Shown here: positions 47,301 through 56,762 of the stretch, piece after piece
How the letters are laid out: each line of letters starts with the position of its first letter
How positions within the stretch are numbered: the first letter of the stretch is position 1
IMG/VR virus record: IMGVR_UViG_3300020121_000439
Coordinates: 4,307 to 68,306 of that record
Direction: 5' to 3' (one strand)
Length of the DNA: 64,000 nucleotides
Source: a virus
Notes under the pieces: model-generated
The model's input: only the letters and a program-made list of their open reading frames with translations
Databases searched by the model: none
What the model was told of the DNA's origin: nothing
Position numbers and translations under genes: made by a program

Positions 47301-48343
47301 TTTGGCGCCCTCTTCCCACTGACACGACACCAAAGTTTCTGGAGCGTCATGTCCTCAAGATCCTTGATTTCAGCCGCATCTTCTAATGCCGGTTTAATTT
47401 TGCAACACACCGTGCGCCGGAGTGGAACGATCTGCTTCTTATTATCAATCTCCCGCTCGACCTGGAATGTCTCTTTGTAATCCCGCGTGCGAAATTTCCA
47501 CTTCGCCTTGTCGATGTAAAGCACCATTTCGAATCCCACCATAACCATTTTGAGCATGGCTGGCGGGAGGTCGGGGGCGTAAATCTGCTCGGATGGCGTG
47601 ACGGGCGATTCATCGCTCCGCGCCAGGGCGGTCATAATAAAGTTCTGGGGGTCGCGGAGGGTTTTGCGAATTAAAACGTCCCGCAACGTGGTGCCCGCCG
47701 CGCGGTACGTCCGCCTCGCGTCCTTCACCACTTGCCCATTAATAATCTCATTCCCCTCGATCAACATCTGAACGCCCTCGGTTCCGTCGTCCAGAACGAG
47801 CGTTCGGCGTTTATCAGGGTCCGGCCTCCCCGCCCACTCCGGCCATTTCTTCTCCGCGTTTTCGAGCAACCAGACGAGTTCGGCTTCGTCATGTGCAATG
47901 GCGTAGGTGTAGCCGCGTTTGCGGACGGGCGTAAGTTGCTCCTCATTCCTAGTACCGATGATCCGTACCCACTCCGGGTCGTCGAACGTCGCCGCGGTCG
48001 TCGTTTTGCGGCCGTCGTACTCGGAGAACAACACGGCGTGGAGGAACGAGGAATCCAAGTCCGCCGTATTCCCGTCCTTAATCCCTTTCGGGGCCGCTCC
48101 CAACGCGTTTTTCGCCAACGCCGCGACCGTGGTGACGGGTTTCGTGGGAGTGGTGGCCGGTCGCGCCAGCGGCAAATTCGACGCTATCTTCTGCGGCGGC
48201 GTCGCACCTATCGCGATCTTATTCGGCGGCGTCTGCGCTGTGACGGGCGTTTCGATTCGCGCCACAACCCCGTCCCCCTTCTCCATCTCCGCGATCAACG
48301 CGTTGGACGCCGCCACAACTTCGGGCTTCATTGGCTCGGTCAT
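47297..48343 (-). CDS. AAA_24/Sak4-like ATPase
   Basis: Divergent Walker A FSEYDGRKTT, Walker B LVLDDGTE. Confidence 0.65.
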   Translation of the reverse strand: MTEPMKPEVVAASNALIAEMEKGDGVVARIETPVTAQTPPNKIAIGATPPQKIASNLPLARPATTPTKPVTTVAALAKNALGAAPKGIKDGNTADLDSSFLHAVLFSEYDGRKTTTAATFDDPEWVRIIGTRNEEQLTPVRKRGYTYAIAHDEAELVWLLENAEKKWPEWAGRPDPDKRRTLVLDDGTEGVQMLIEGNEIINGQVVKDARRTYRAAGTTLRDVLIRKTLRDPQNFIMTALARSDESPVTPSEQIYAPDLPPAMLKMVMVGFEMVLYIDKAKWKFRTRDYKETFQVEREIDNKKQIVPLRRTVCCKIKPALEDAAEIKDLEDMTLQKLWCRVSGKRAPK

Positions 48344-48993
48344 TTCGTTTCGCTCTCTTTCCACAAGTTTTCGCGGCACCACTCCAGCCCTTCTGCGGCG
48401 CCCACGGGCATTTTCGGCATACCGCTCCGTCCCAATATCCCCAGCAACAACCAGCACAACTCCTCGGCCCGGAGCAACCCGGTCTTACCACGCACTTCCG
48501 CGAGTTCGGTGTTAACGATAAACCCGACCCGCGCCTTGCCGTCCGTTTCGCACTCGAACAACGTGATTGCGTGGCCGATCTTGCTGAGTTTTGACATGTC
48601 GCGGAGAACGGTGCAGAACGATTCGACCCGTTCGTCCTGCGACCGCTCAATCTCGCTCACGTACACGAGGTCGAGGGGATTCAAAGGGCCGGTTGCGTTC
48701 GGCGGGACAGCGAACCGAATAAGCTCTCCACCCAACTCCTTCGCTTGTTCCCGTGATAAATACAACGTCCCGGAATCCCCATCATCCACCCTCACTCCAA
48801 TCGGATGCGACTCTGGCCCGTCCTCCATCAACCAGATGTGGTCGGTGGCGCAGCCGGAGAGGTGGAGAGGGGCTGTGGTTAAGGGCTCGGGTGTACTCGG
48901 TGTGCTCGGCGGTGTGCTCCCGGGCTCGACGCCCACCATGCTCGGCCATCTCCCCGCGTACGGCAGTTTCGAATTCTCTTTTTCGCTGTGCAT
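48340..48993 (-). CDS. hypothetical protein
   Basis: GGAG RBS, ATGA overlap. Confidence 0.55.
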   Translation of the reverse strand: MHSEKENSKLPYAGRWPSMVGVEPGSTPPSTPSTPEPLTTAPLHLSGCATDHIWLMEDGPESHPIGVRVDDGDSGTLYLSREQAKELGGELIRFAVPPNATGPLNPLDLVYVSEIERSQDERVESFCTVLRDMSKLSKIGHAITLFECETDGKARVGFIVNTELAEVRGKTGLLRAEELCWLLLGILGRSGMPKMPVGAAEGLEWCRENLWKESETK

Positions 48994-49053
48994 GTCCGTA
49001 TTCTCCCACTCCTCCGCGAAGGAGTCAATAGTAAAATGGCGGTCGCGGACAAA

Positions 49054-49221
49054 TTATTTCAACGCCGCGTTTGCTTTCGCCGTCCACGCCACCGACGAAA
49101 TATGCGCGGTGTTGGTGGACGACACGTAGTAACGATCTACGTGCGTGAACGCGAACAAACTCGCGAAAGCCCCGATAACCACGACTCCAATTACTCCGGT
49201 AACTACGTGAATCCATTTCAT
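49054..49221 (-). CDS. small membrane protein (not in ORF track)
   Basis: AGGAG RBS; MKWIHVVTGVIGVVVIGAFASLFAF... Confidence 0.6.
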   Translation of the reverse strand: MKWIHVVTGVIGVVVIGAFASLFAFTHVDRYYVSSTNTAHISSVAWTAKANAALK

Positions 49222-49230
49222 GTTTTTCTC

Positions 49231-49920
49231 CTAGAATAATGTTGCCGTCGCCGCACCGAGCTTGAGCGCGGTGAGTCCCCACCCCAACGCGAGCGACTTC
49301 CGCGACGGATTCAGAGATTTATGGAGCGATTTATTGAGGTCCGCCGACATCGCGTTGAGGTTTGCGGTCACGCCGCTCACATGCTGCAACGTGACGTTAA
49401 TCTCCTTCGTCGCCGCGTCGATGTTCGCCAGCGTCGCGGGGATATCACTATTTGACAGGACGCGGTTCGCTGACGTTATTGTGGCGTTCGTCGCGTCGAG
49501 GAGCGCCGGGACACGTATGAGCGAGTTGTGAACGTCCTCCGTCGTCGCCCGGATGTTGCCGGCGAGGGAATCCATCACGACGTTGACGTGATTCACGGTT
49601 CCGAGAATGTCGGTGTCGAGCTGCGCCGCCGCGACCCTCTGCTGCCTGGACGTAATCGCCGCCTCTCCCACCGCGCGATCGGCGTGGAGGGCGGTCGCTT
49701 TCACGATATCGAGAATCCCGCCTTTCGCGTTCAAGGCGGCGTTCGTCGCTAAAACCGTGCGATCGGCGTCCGTAACCGTCTGATTCACAGACGTGAGCGT
49801 AAGCGTGAGCGCGTCCGAACTCGCCTTAACGTGCTGAAGCACCCTTACCGCCTCCACGCCCACCACAGTCATCACGCACAACAACGCGAACTTTGCCGCT
49901 TTAATTACGTTGTCCATCAC
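49231..49920 (-). CDS. membrane-anchored coiled-coil protein
   Basis: N-terminal TM helix, heptad repeats, hydrophobic C-terminus. Confidence 0.65.
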   Translation of the reverse strand: MMDNVIKAAKFALLCVMTVVGVEAVRVLQHVKASSDALTLTLTSVNQTVTDADRTVLATNAALNAKGGILDIVKATALHADRAVGEAAITSRQQRVAAAQLDTDILGTVNHVNVVMDSLAGNIRATTEDVHNSLIRVPALLDATNATITSANRVLSNSDIPATLANIDAATKEINVTLQHVSGVTANLNAMSADLNKSLHKSLNPSRKSLALGWGLTALKLGAATATLF

Positions 49921-50153
49921 TTCACCTCCTCATAATGCTTGAACTTCGGATACGCGTGGTTCTCACCACACCCCGGTGCGGAACAAAACACCGCGAAACA
50001 CGTCACACAAACGTAAAACGGCTTGCCTCGTAAATCCGCGCCGCAATTACACACGGTTGGACGATGGGATTCGGGAACAGGCTCGTCTCCAGCGAACGGC
50101 TCTAAACCATCATAATTCGGCATCGCAGCGATAACAGCATTCCTCACGTCCAT
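49917..50153 (-). CDS. zinc-finger protein
   Basis: CNC, CVTC, C...C..H. Confidence 0.55.
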   Translation of the reverse strand: MDVRNAVIAAMPNYDGLEPFAGDEPVPESHRPTVCNCGADLRGKPFYVCVTCFAVFCSAPGCGENHAYPKFKHYEEVK

Positions 50154-50194
50154 GCTAATACCCGCTCTCCTTCATAATTTCATCGAACGCCGCG

Positions 50195-50350
50195 TCATTC
50201 CATTTCCTCCAACCGAAGCGGCTTAACAAGTTTTCCGTCCGAATCCAGCACGTAATGCGGACGATAATAATTCGGCAGGACTCCGGTGTCAAGTGATATT
50301 GCCTTTACGTTCGGGCCAAATAACGTCGCGCAGAAAACGCAATCGCACAT
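50195..50350 (-). CDS. 51-aa hypothetical protein (not in ORF track)
   Basis: MCDCVFC...LEEME*, directly after nuclease stop. Confidence 0.45.
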   Translation of the reverse strand: MCDCVFCATLFGPNVKAISLDTGVLPNYYRPHYVLDSDGKLVKPLRLEEME

Positions 50351-50352
50351 TT

Positions 50353-51330
50353 TCAGTATCCATTCTCCTGCATAATTTTGTCAAAAGCGGCCATGCCGGC
50401 ATGTAACACCGTTCCCGTGTCCATCGCTTCGTTCGCGTCCTCACGCGTGGCCCCGATCGACTCCTGGCGCCACAGCTCCGGACATTGCTGGGCGGACTTA
50501 AAACTCGACGCCGAGAGTACCACGTACTCATCCGCGCGGTCAAGCAATATTCTCCCGGTCTCGACCAGGTATTTCACGACACTCTCCGAGCCCGGCGACA
50601 AGCCTCGCAAAGGAACTCCGCCTTGAGGGAAATCCAGCGTATCGTGACAAACGCTCCACGCCGAGCACGGCCGCTTCGTAAAACCGAACGTCAACGTGCA
50701 TTGAAATCCCGGTGTCTGCCACGGCACCACGCCAATTTCCTGCCGGGCGCGTATCGCCGCCGCTTCCGTTCGAAATGCGTTCCACTGTGCATTGAGACGT
50801 TGGGGAGAGAGGTTTAGCCAGGCACCATTCGCGTCTGGCCACATTTGCGGGGGTTTGGACTTCGTGATCGCCCGGGCTAGAACTCGCGGAAAACCCACGT
50901 TAAACGCCTTCTCAACCACCACATTCTCCACCGCTTCCGTGCGCCGGAAAATAAACGTCCCGCGTTGTAACGCAAGCGCATACGTCGCGACCTGGGGACC
51001 GGCTTGGAGATCGCCCAACCATTTATCCACGGTCCATGTCTTCGACGAACTCGTTGTCTTGCGCTCGAACACGAACGGGTCTTCGTTTTCGCTCCCTGGT
51101 TCCCACGCGAGCTTGTCAATCGCCCCGACACAATACGTCCGTTCATCAAGCGCGATGAACCACCCGACTTCGAGCCCGAGCGTGCGGTAGCGTTGGTCGG
51201 CGACGGCGCAATTTTCGACCCATGCGTCCACCAGCTCTGAACCCGCCTCCACCGCTTTCGGGTTCGTGACCCCCGACGCTAAAATCGCCGCGAATATCCG
51301 TCCGGAATCGATCTCGGGCACCCCGCTCAT
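50353..51330 (-). CDS. PD-(D/E)XK Cas4/AddB-like exonuclease, circularly permuted
   Basis: LE, GAIDKL, ERKT and QVATY motifs, Cys cluster, then LSASS...CP...GTVLH at the C-terminus. Confidence 0.8.
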   Translation of the reverse strand: MSGVPEIDSGRIFAAILASGVTNPKAVEAGSELVDAWVENCAVADQRYRTLGLEVGWFIALDERTYCVGAIDKLAWEPGSENEDPFVFERKTTSSSKTWTVDKWLGDLQAGPQVATYALALQRGTFIFRRTEAVENVVVEKAFNVGFPRVLARAITKSKPPQMWPDANGAWLNLSPQRLNAQWNAFRTEAAAIRARQEIGVVPWQTPGFQCTLTFGFTKRPCSAWSVCHDTLDFPQGGVPLRGLSPGSESVVKYLVETGRILLDRADEYVVLSASSFKSAQQCPELWRQESIGATREDANEAMDTGTVLHAGMAAFDKIMQENGY

Positions 51331-51521
51331 GATACGACGATCCCCTTCTCCACCGTCGCACAGAGCTGGAAAATCTGCACCTTCGACGCAGCGCGGTTTG
51401 AGATCTGATCTCTTGCTGCTTCTGTCGCTTGCTCAAACGTGTCATGTTGCTTCGCACTCCACTGATAACTGGTCTTTGGCTCCGCGTCGTACGTAATGTA
51501 AAGAAAAAATCGGCCTCTCAT
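51327..51521 (-). CDS. hypothetical protein
   Basis: ATGA overlaps. Confidence 0.5.
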   Translation of the reverse strand: MRGRFFLYITYDAEPKTSYQWSAKQHDTFEQATEAARDQISNRAASKVQIFQLCATVEKGIVVS

Positions 51522-51889
51522 ACTCCCACCTTCCCCACCACCCTCATCTCTCGGGCCACCAATACCCTCGCGCCATTCGTTCCACCGCTCCCATCCGTTC
51601 CCTCCGTTTCCACACCCCTTATCTCCACCTTCATCACCGTCGTGCTCGCTGCCCACGTCATTCTCTTTCGCATCGTCTCCGCGTAAACATGAAAGCCCGA
51701 GAGATAATTCTCGTGAACGCCATTTGTGACAATCGTCGTCCGATGCGCCTTTAACCATTTCCCTCGCACCGCGCATGATCCCATGAATGGGAATATCAGT
51801 TCGCCATGATTAAGCTCAAATGCCTTCCACCCCACGCGAACCGTTCCGTCCGGCTTCTTGAACCTCTTCGTAATCACGCTTAGACACAT
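51518..51889 (-). CDS. hypothetical protein
   Basis: GGAGG RBS; YLSGFHVY motif. Confidence 0.6.
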   Translation of the reverse strand: MCLSVITKRFKKPDGTVRVGWKAFELNHGELIFPFMGSCAVRGKWLKAHRTTIVTNGVHENYLSGFHVYAETMRKRMTWAASTTVMKVEIRGVETEGTDGSGGTNGARVLVAREMRVVGKVGV

Positions 51890-51919
51890 TCGCTACACCT
51901 CCGCTTGAACTCGACCGTG

Positions 51920-52204
51920 CTATCCCGGCAACACTCCCGTCTTCACCGCGTAATCCAAAAACATCATTCCCGCGAACGCTTTCTTCTCGTACTCGCGCTT
52001 GATCTCGTCCACCTTCTCCCCCTGCCCGACCGCCCGTAAATAACTCTCTAGCGCGATGCACTCGGGCGCGAGAACCGTGGTGTTCTGCACCGCGTGCCAT
52101 TGGTCCCAGTACGCGGCGAAGCGGTGGAGCTGGAGGAGGGTGAGTTCAGAGGGAGCGGGGGAAACGGGAACAATCGTTTTCGTGCGTTTCGGCGTTCGTG
52201 ACAT
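51920..52204 (-). CDS. hypothetical protein
   Basis: AAAGGA RBS, first gene after promoter. Confidence 0.6.
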   Translation of the reverse strand: MSRTPKRTKTIVPVSPAPSELTLLQLHRFAAYWDQWHAVQNTTVLAPECIALESYLRAVGQGEKVDEIKREYEKKAFAGMMFLDYAVKTGVLPG

Positions 52205-52237
52205 CGGCGTGGTTCCTTTCGTTTTCGCGATGGGGGA

Positions 52238-52266
52238 ATTCTAACGCGGCGGCGCGGGGGTGTCAA
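52238..52266 (-). promoter_or_regulatory. sigma70 promoter for recombination/replication operon
   Basis: TTGACA-17 nt-TAGAAT. Confidence 0.75.
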
Positions 52267-52287
52267 GGGCAATTCGCGTTTGCGCGG

Positions 52288-52686
52288 CTATTTTGGTTTG
52301 CCCCGCAACACAAACTGGCAAATGGGCGATGGCCCTGGCATCGGTTGTCCCGTATCTGCGCTTACCCATTTCACGCGGCCCAAAGAACTCAATTCCGCAC
52401 CGGCCTCTAGCATCAAATTCACGTAAGACTGAACCGGCAACACCAACACTGAAGTCTTACCGAGTTCGGCTTCGGCTATTGCCTTTCGCACAAACGCAGT
52501 CGGGCCGCAACCGTCCACGCCATCGTGCTTGCGAAACGGCGGGTTAACAAAGTTACTCTGACCCCATGGAACTAGCAAGCTGTTATACCCCTCTGGCCGT
52601 GGACACGGACACGGGTCAAAATCGAAGTGGAACTCCGCGTCCAATTTCGCATAGAGATCGCGTGGAAACAACCAAAAACGGCTCAT
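52288..52686 (-). CDS. phage DNA N6-adenine methyltransferase (Dam-like)
   Basis: FHFDFDPCP and FVNPPF motifs. Confidence 0.8.
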   Translation of the reverse strand: MSRFWLFPRDLYAKLDAEFHFDFDPCPCPRPEGYNSLLVPWGQSNFVNPPFRKHDGVDGCGPTAFVRKAIAEAELGKTSVLVLPVQSYVNLMLEAGAELSSLGRVKWVSADTGQPMPGPSPICQFVLRGKPK

Positions 52687-53065
52687 GGGAGAATTTTATT
52701 TGAAGTGCGGTGCGGAGTCAACAAAAATCCGTTCGTGATCGACCGTGCCCACGACAAAGTGTCGCACGGGGGAATCACGGGGTCCGAGCTGCGAGACGAC
52801 GTTCACATTCCTCTCTCGCTTCCACCTCGTACTCACCCAACGAAATCGCCTCTCTTGCATTCGCCGCTCTCGCTTCATAAATCCTCGCTTGTTTGCGTTT
52901 CCTGGCGCGGAACGATTCCAACGCTTCTCGCAACGTCGGACCGCGCGGGGAGAGTCAAGGGGGAACGCGGGCTGTAGTAAACTATCTAATGAAGCAGCTA
53001 CTTTCTATGGGGCTGGGGTGCCTGACACACCCCACCCCGCCTCTTGTCAGGAGATGCAATAAAAA

Positions 53066-54511
53066 ATGTCCACAACGACCGCCGTTCCGGTAAGCGCAAA
53101 TTTTAAAATCCCGCCCGCTTCTATCCTTCACAAAGTAAAGCACTTATTCGCGCTAACCCACTACTACCGTGACTACGCCCTCTCCGATCTCGGCAACGCG
53201 CGTATGTTCGCCGACATCTTCCGCGAAGCCCTTCGATACAACATGGACACCGAAAAATGGCTGGGCTGGTGCGGCCACACTTGGCGAGAACTTCACGCGA
53301 ACGAAGTCATAGACTACGCCGCATTGATGCTTGATCTACAACGCCACCAAATCGACCAGGAAACCGCGAGCACCAAAGAAGGTCTTTCCTTCATCGCATT
53401 GATGCGGACCTTCAACTCAAAATCCCAATCTCACGAACGCATTCGTGCAATGTTGAAACTCGCCGCGGCACAACCTCACTTCCGCACCACCAACGCGCAC
53501 TGGAACCAAAACGACTATCTCCTCGCCACACCAAACGGCGTGATTGATTTGCGGACGGGCGAGTTTGGACCCGGAAAATTAAAAGACTTCGTTTCAAAAT
53601 CCATCCCGGTTGAGTGGGACGAGAACGCAACCGCGCCGAGATTTGAGAAATTTCTCTCCGAAGTTCTACCGGACGCCAACGACGCAGCCTTCATCCGACG
53701 CGCACTCGGCTACTCAATCACCGGCGATACTTCAGAACAAATAATGTTCTTCGCATTGGGCGAGGGCTCAAACGGAAAATCCAAGCTCCTTGAAATCGTC
53801 GCGAAGATCCTCGGCGGGTACGCGCATGTCCTCAATCTCGCCGCGTTGGATGACCGCAACTCCTCCTCCATCCCAAACGACCTCGCGCAACTTGGCGGTA
53901 AACGCTTTGTAATCGGCTCGGAAACCAAATCCTCCTCACGCTTCAATGAAGCGAAGGTGAAAATGCTCACGGGTGAAGCTGAGATTTCTGTGCGCTTTCT
54001 TCACAAAGAATTCTTCAACCTTCGCAACCAATCCCACTTCTGGGCCGGCGTCAACCACCTTCCCGCCGTCCAAGACGCGACCGATGGTTACTGGCGCCGC
54101 ATTCGCATCATCGAATTCAACACGAAATTCTCAGAAGAGAAAATGGACAAGCACCTGCCGGAAAAACTCTGGGCGGAACGCGCAGGGATTTTAAAATGGC
54201 TCGTTGCGGGGTGTTTAGAGTGGCAGCGCGTGGGCCTGGCCGCGCCCGAGCACATCCGCGCCCGCACCGCGCAGTACCGGGACGATAACGATCGCGTGGG
54301 GCAATTTCTCCAGCTCCGGACCCGGATTTCCCCCGAGCTTGAAATCGGCGTGACGTGTTTGTTTAAGGAATTTGAGAAATTCTGGAAATCGCGCTACCAC
54401 GAGGAATGCCTAAACTGGCGCGTGTTCAATGCGGCGTTGCGGAAACGCGGGTTCGAAACGCGAAAGAACAACGTAACCCTGTGGTGCGGGATCGGTTTGG
54501 AGCCGGAATGA
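53066..54511 (+). CDS. D5/P4-family SF3 helicase (no primase domain)
   Basis: DLGNA, NGVIDLRTG, Walker A GEGSNGKS, DGYWRRI. Confidence 0.9.
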   Translation: MSTTTAVPVSANFKIPPASILHKVKHLFALTHYYRDYALSDLGNARMFADIFREALRYNMDTEKWLGWCGHTWRELHANEVIDYAALMLDLQRHQIDQETASTKEGLSFIALMRTFNSKSQSHERIRAMLKLAAAQPHFRTTNAHWNQNDYLLATPNGVIDLRTGEFGPGKLKDFVSKSIPVEWDENATAPRFEKFLSEVLPDANDAAFIRRALGYSITGDTSEQIMFFALGEGSNGKSKLLEIVAKILGGYAHVLNLAALDDRNSSSIPNDLAQLGGKRFVIGSETKSSSRFNEAKVKMLTGEAEISVRFLHKEFFNLRNQSHFWAGVNHLPAVQDATDGYWRRIRIIEFNTKFSEEKMDKHLPEKLWAERAGILKWLVAGCLEWQRVGLAAPEHIRARTAQYRDDNDRVGQFLQLRTRISPELEIGVTCLFKEFEKFWKSRYHEECLNWRVFNAALRKRGFETRKNNVTLWCGIGLEPE

Positions 54512-54514
54512 TCT

Positions 54515-54740
54515 TCGCGGGAGCACGGGAGATGGGAGGAGGGGTCGGAGTCGAGCCTAATACTTTTGCTGGAGGTAATGTCTATCTCTCTCTTCTTCTC
54601 CCGTAAAAAAATAAAGAGAGATAAGAAGAAAGGAATCAGTAGTTTACGGGGAATTTTGGATTTTGTTAACGGGAGAAGGTGCCGAAAATCGCACTTAACT
54701 CCATGAAAACAAACATCGACCCTTCTCCCGTGAGACCAAT
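54515..54740. other. candidate replication origin
   Basis: AT-rich, purine-skewed gap after helicase; CTTCTCCCGT at 54595 and 54722, inverted copy at 54669. Confidence 0.45.
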
Positions 54741-54743
54741 TTT

Positions 54744-55106
54744 ATGACCGGTCAATGCTTCTATCCGCACTGCGATTCGCCCGCCGAACACGATCATCAC
54801 GTTACCTATAACCCGCCGGTAACAAAGCCTTTATGCCGGCTTCATCACGAAGAAATCACGATACTAAATTGCAATCACGCTCAACGTCGGCGTCACGGGA
54901 GGAGATTTCAGAAACTCTCGAATAAGTACCGGTGGTGGATCTGGTTTCAGTGGTTAGAGGGAAATTTGACTCCCAGGCGAACCAAATCCGCCTTGGAATG
55001 GATAGCGAAGTGGAAGTGCCGGAAAAGCGAAACAGAAGAAGACGGGCCGGATTACGACGCGATCATCGCGCGCTCGCCGGCCCAGAGGGCTGAAATAGTG
55101 GTTTAA
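54744..55106 (+). CDS. HNH-like protein
   Basis: C...C....HDHHVTY...LCRLHH. Confidence 0.55.
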   Translation: MTGQCFYPHCDSPAEHDHHVTYNPPVTKPLCRLHHEEITILNCNHAQRRRHGRRFQKLSNKYRWWIWFQWLEGNLTPRRTKSALEWIAKWKCRKSETEEDGPDYDAIIARSPAQRAEIVV

Positions 55107-55268
55107 GCCGCCCTCCCACGCTCCAGCACGACCGCCTCGCGCAGGGCGTCCCGGTAGTTTTCCAAACACCGGAGCGTTTCGAGGTGCAGCAACCGTTCGG
55201 CGGCTTCGGCGTCGCGCAACGCCGTCTCGGCCCGGCGCAACTTCTCAATCGGATTCATACAGACCTCC

Positions 55269-56021
55269 TTACGCGGCTTTCTTCGTTCCCCCGTCCTCCC
55301 TGCGTCCCTGCATCACGAGCAATTCGCCCCACCCCAGGGACTTCAGCGTGCGCTTGAGCACTTGTGAAAGGAACGTCACTTGCGGACGCTTCTCCTCAGC
55401 GTAACGCTCCACCGCAGAAACGAGTTGAGTGGACGCCCGCGCGGTCGGGTCCACACGCTTCCGTGCGGCCGCTTTCTCCTTCGCTTGGACAACCAGGACG
55501 CGTCCCAACCACACCCGGGCGCGCTCGGTGTCGTGTTCCGCCCGCCCTGTGTCCCGCGGCGGGGCGCCCACCTTCTTAACCGCCCCCGTATACCGCCCAA
55601 ACGGCTTCTCCGCGACCGATCCCGCGATATCCACGCCCGAGGTCACAGCGAGCGCCAGAACGCTCTCAGGCAGCTGTTTCCGCGCCATCTCATAGCGTTT
55701 AATGAAGCGTTCCCCGGTCCGACCGCTCATCCCGGGGATACGGTTGAGGAACGCCCCCCAGACGCCCAGGGGCTTGAGGGTCGCCCGAGCTTCGGCCAGG
55801 ACGCGACCGATCTTCAACCCGGCCTTCCCGAACGCGACCATATCTACGCGCAACTCGTAGTACCACGAGTCCACTTTCTTCCGCAACGCCGGATCCAACG
55901 CGCCCACATCCAACACGACTTTCGCGCCTTCGCGTGGGGGCAGGATCGTGATGGGGACGGAAAGAGCGGGGGGTTTAGCAGTAACGGGATCGTTCTTCGA
56001 AACAATCTTTAAAGCTGTCAT
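55269..56021 (-). CDS. DUF3102-like hypothetical protein
   Basis: IGRVLAEAR...GVWGAFL....MSGRTGERFI. Confidence 0.55.
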   Translation of the reverse strand: MTALKIVSKNDPVTAKPPALSVPITILPPREGAKVVLDVGALDPALRKKVDSWYYELRVDMVAFGKAGLKIGRVLAEARATLKPLGVWGAFLNRIPGMSGRTGERFIKRYEMARKQLPESVLALAVTSGVDIAGSVAEKPFGRYTGAVKKVGAPPRDTGRAEHDTERARVWLGRVLVVQAKEKAAARKRVDPTARASTQLVSAVERYAEEKRPQVTFLSQVLKRTLKSLGWGELLVMQGRREDGGTKKAA

Positions 56022-56290
56022 AAATTTCGATTCCTCCACGATAGTTACTAGCAAATGAAGGGCCATTTATTTTCTCTCTGAACCGGCGCGGGGAGTGGGA
56101 ACGCGGAGTGAGAGGAATGGAATCGCCGTGCTCAATCACGGAATCGGGGGCGTCAATGCTTTCTGCCATCCCATTTCAATCCGGGCTTCATCCAAACGCC
56201 TCACAATATCCTTCGTGCGAGGATCGAACATCGCAACGAGCTGGTTGCTCAATATCTCCGCCAGCGCCTCTAAAATCAGGGCTTCGTTTT

Positions 56291-56581
56291 TCATCGTTTT
56301 CCTCCGTCCGTCATTTTGTCGCGCCGCGCCGGTCGCCGATTATTCAGGAGCGTCCGGTGCATCCACATCCGCGCTCTCCGCGCCAGATCGTGCTCCAACG
56401 CGGTCAACTCATACTTGTGCCGCTTCCACTCCGGGCAGACGTGGACTGGGAGCACCGTAAGCCCGGACGTTCCGAGATGATGAATCCTCGCTCCTCCCGC
56501 CGCCGCAAGCACATAACACCCGCACGGCATCTCCGCCCGGAGCACGGCTCCCACAATCGTCCGCGTCGCTTTAACTCGCAT
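56291..56581 (-). CDS. hypothetical protein
   Basis: In-strand early ORF. Confidence 0.5.
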   Translation of the reverse strand: MRVKATRTIVGAVLRAEMPCGCYVLAAAGGARIHHLGTSGLTVLPVHVCPEWKRHKYELTALEHDLARRARMWMHRTLLNNRRPARRDKMTDGGKR

Positions 56582-56762
56582 CCTTCGCCCCCTTCCTCCC
56601 CCGTATCACGGCGTCCGTCCCCCGGCGCCACACCAACGTCCCCGCCACGCCACACTTACAATGAAACGCCTTATCGTAAAGCGACTTCACACACGGCGCG
56701 ACGGTGGCCACGGTCCGAGCGCAGGACGGGCATTTAATCGCGGTTACGTGATCGGCGCTCAT
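56571..56762 (-). CDS. zinc-ribbon protein
   Basis: CPSC...CKC. Confidence 0.5.
   Translation of the reverse strand: MSADHVTAIKCPSCARTVATVAPCVKSLYDKAFHCKCGVAGTLVWRRGTDAVIRGRKGAKDAS

Noticed and set aside
47732-49129. Long + strand ORFs such as the 465-aa frame, and similar antisense ORFs elsewhere
   Set aside because: These are shadow frames opposite motif-bearing genes in GC-rich DNA, with no RBS or recognisable motifs.
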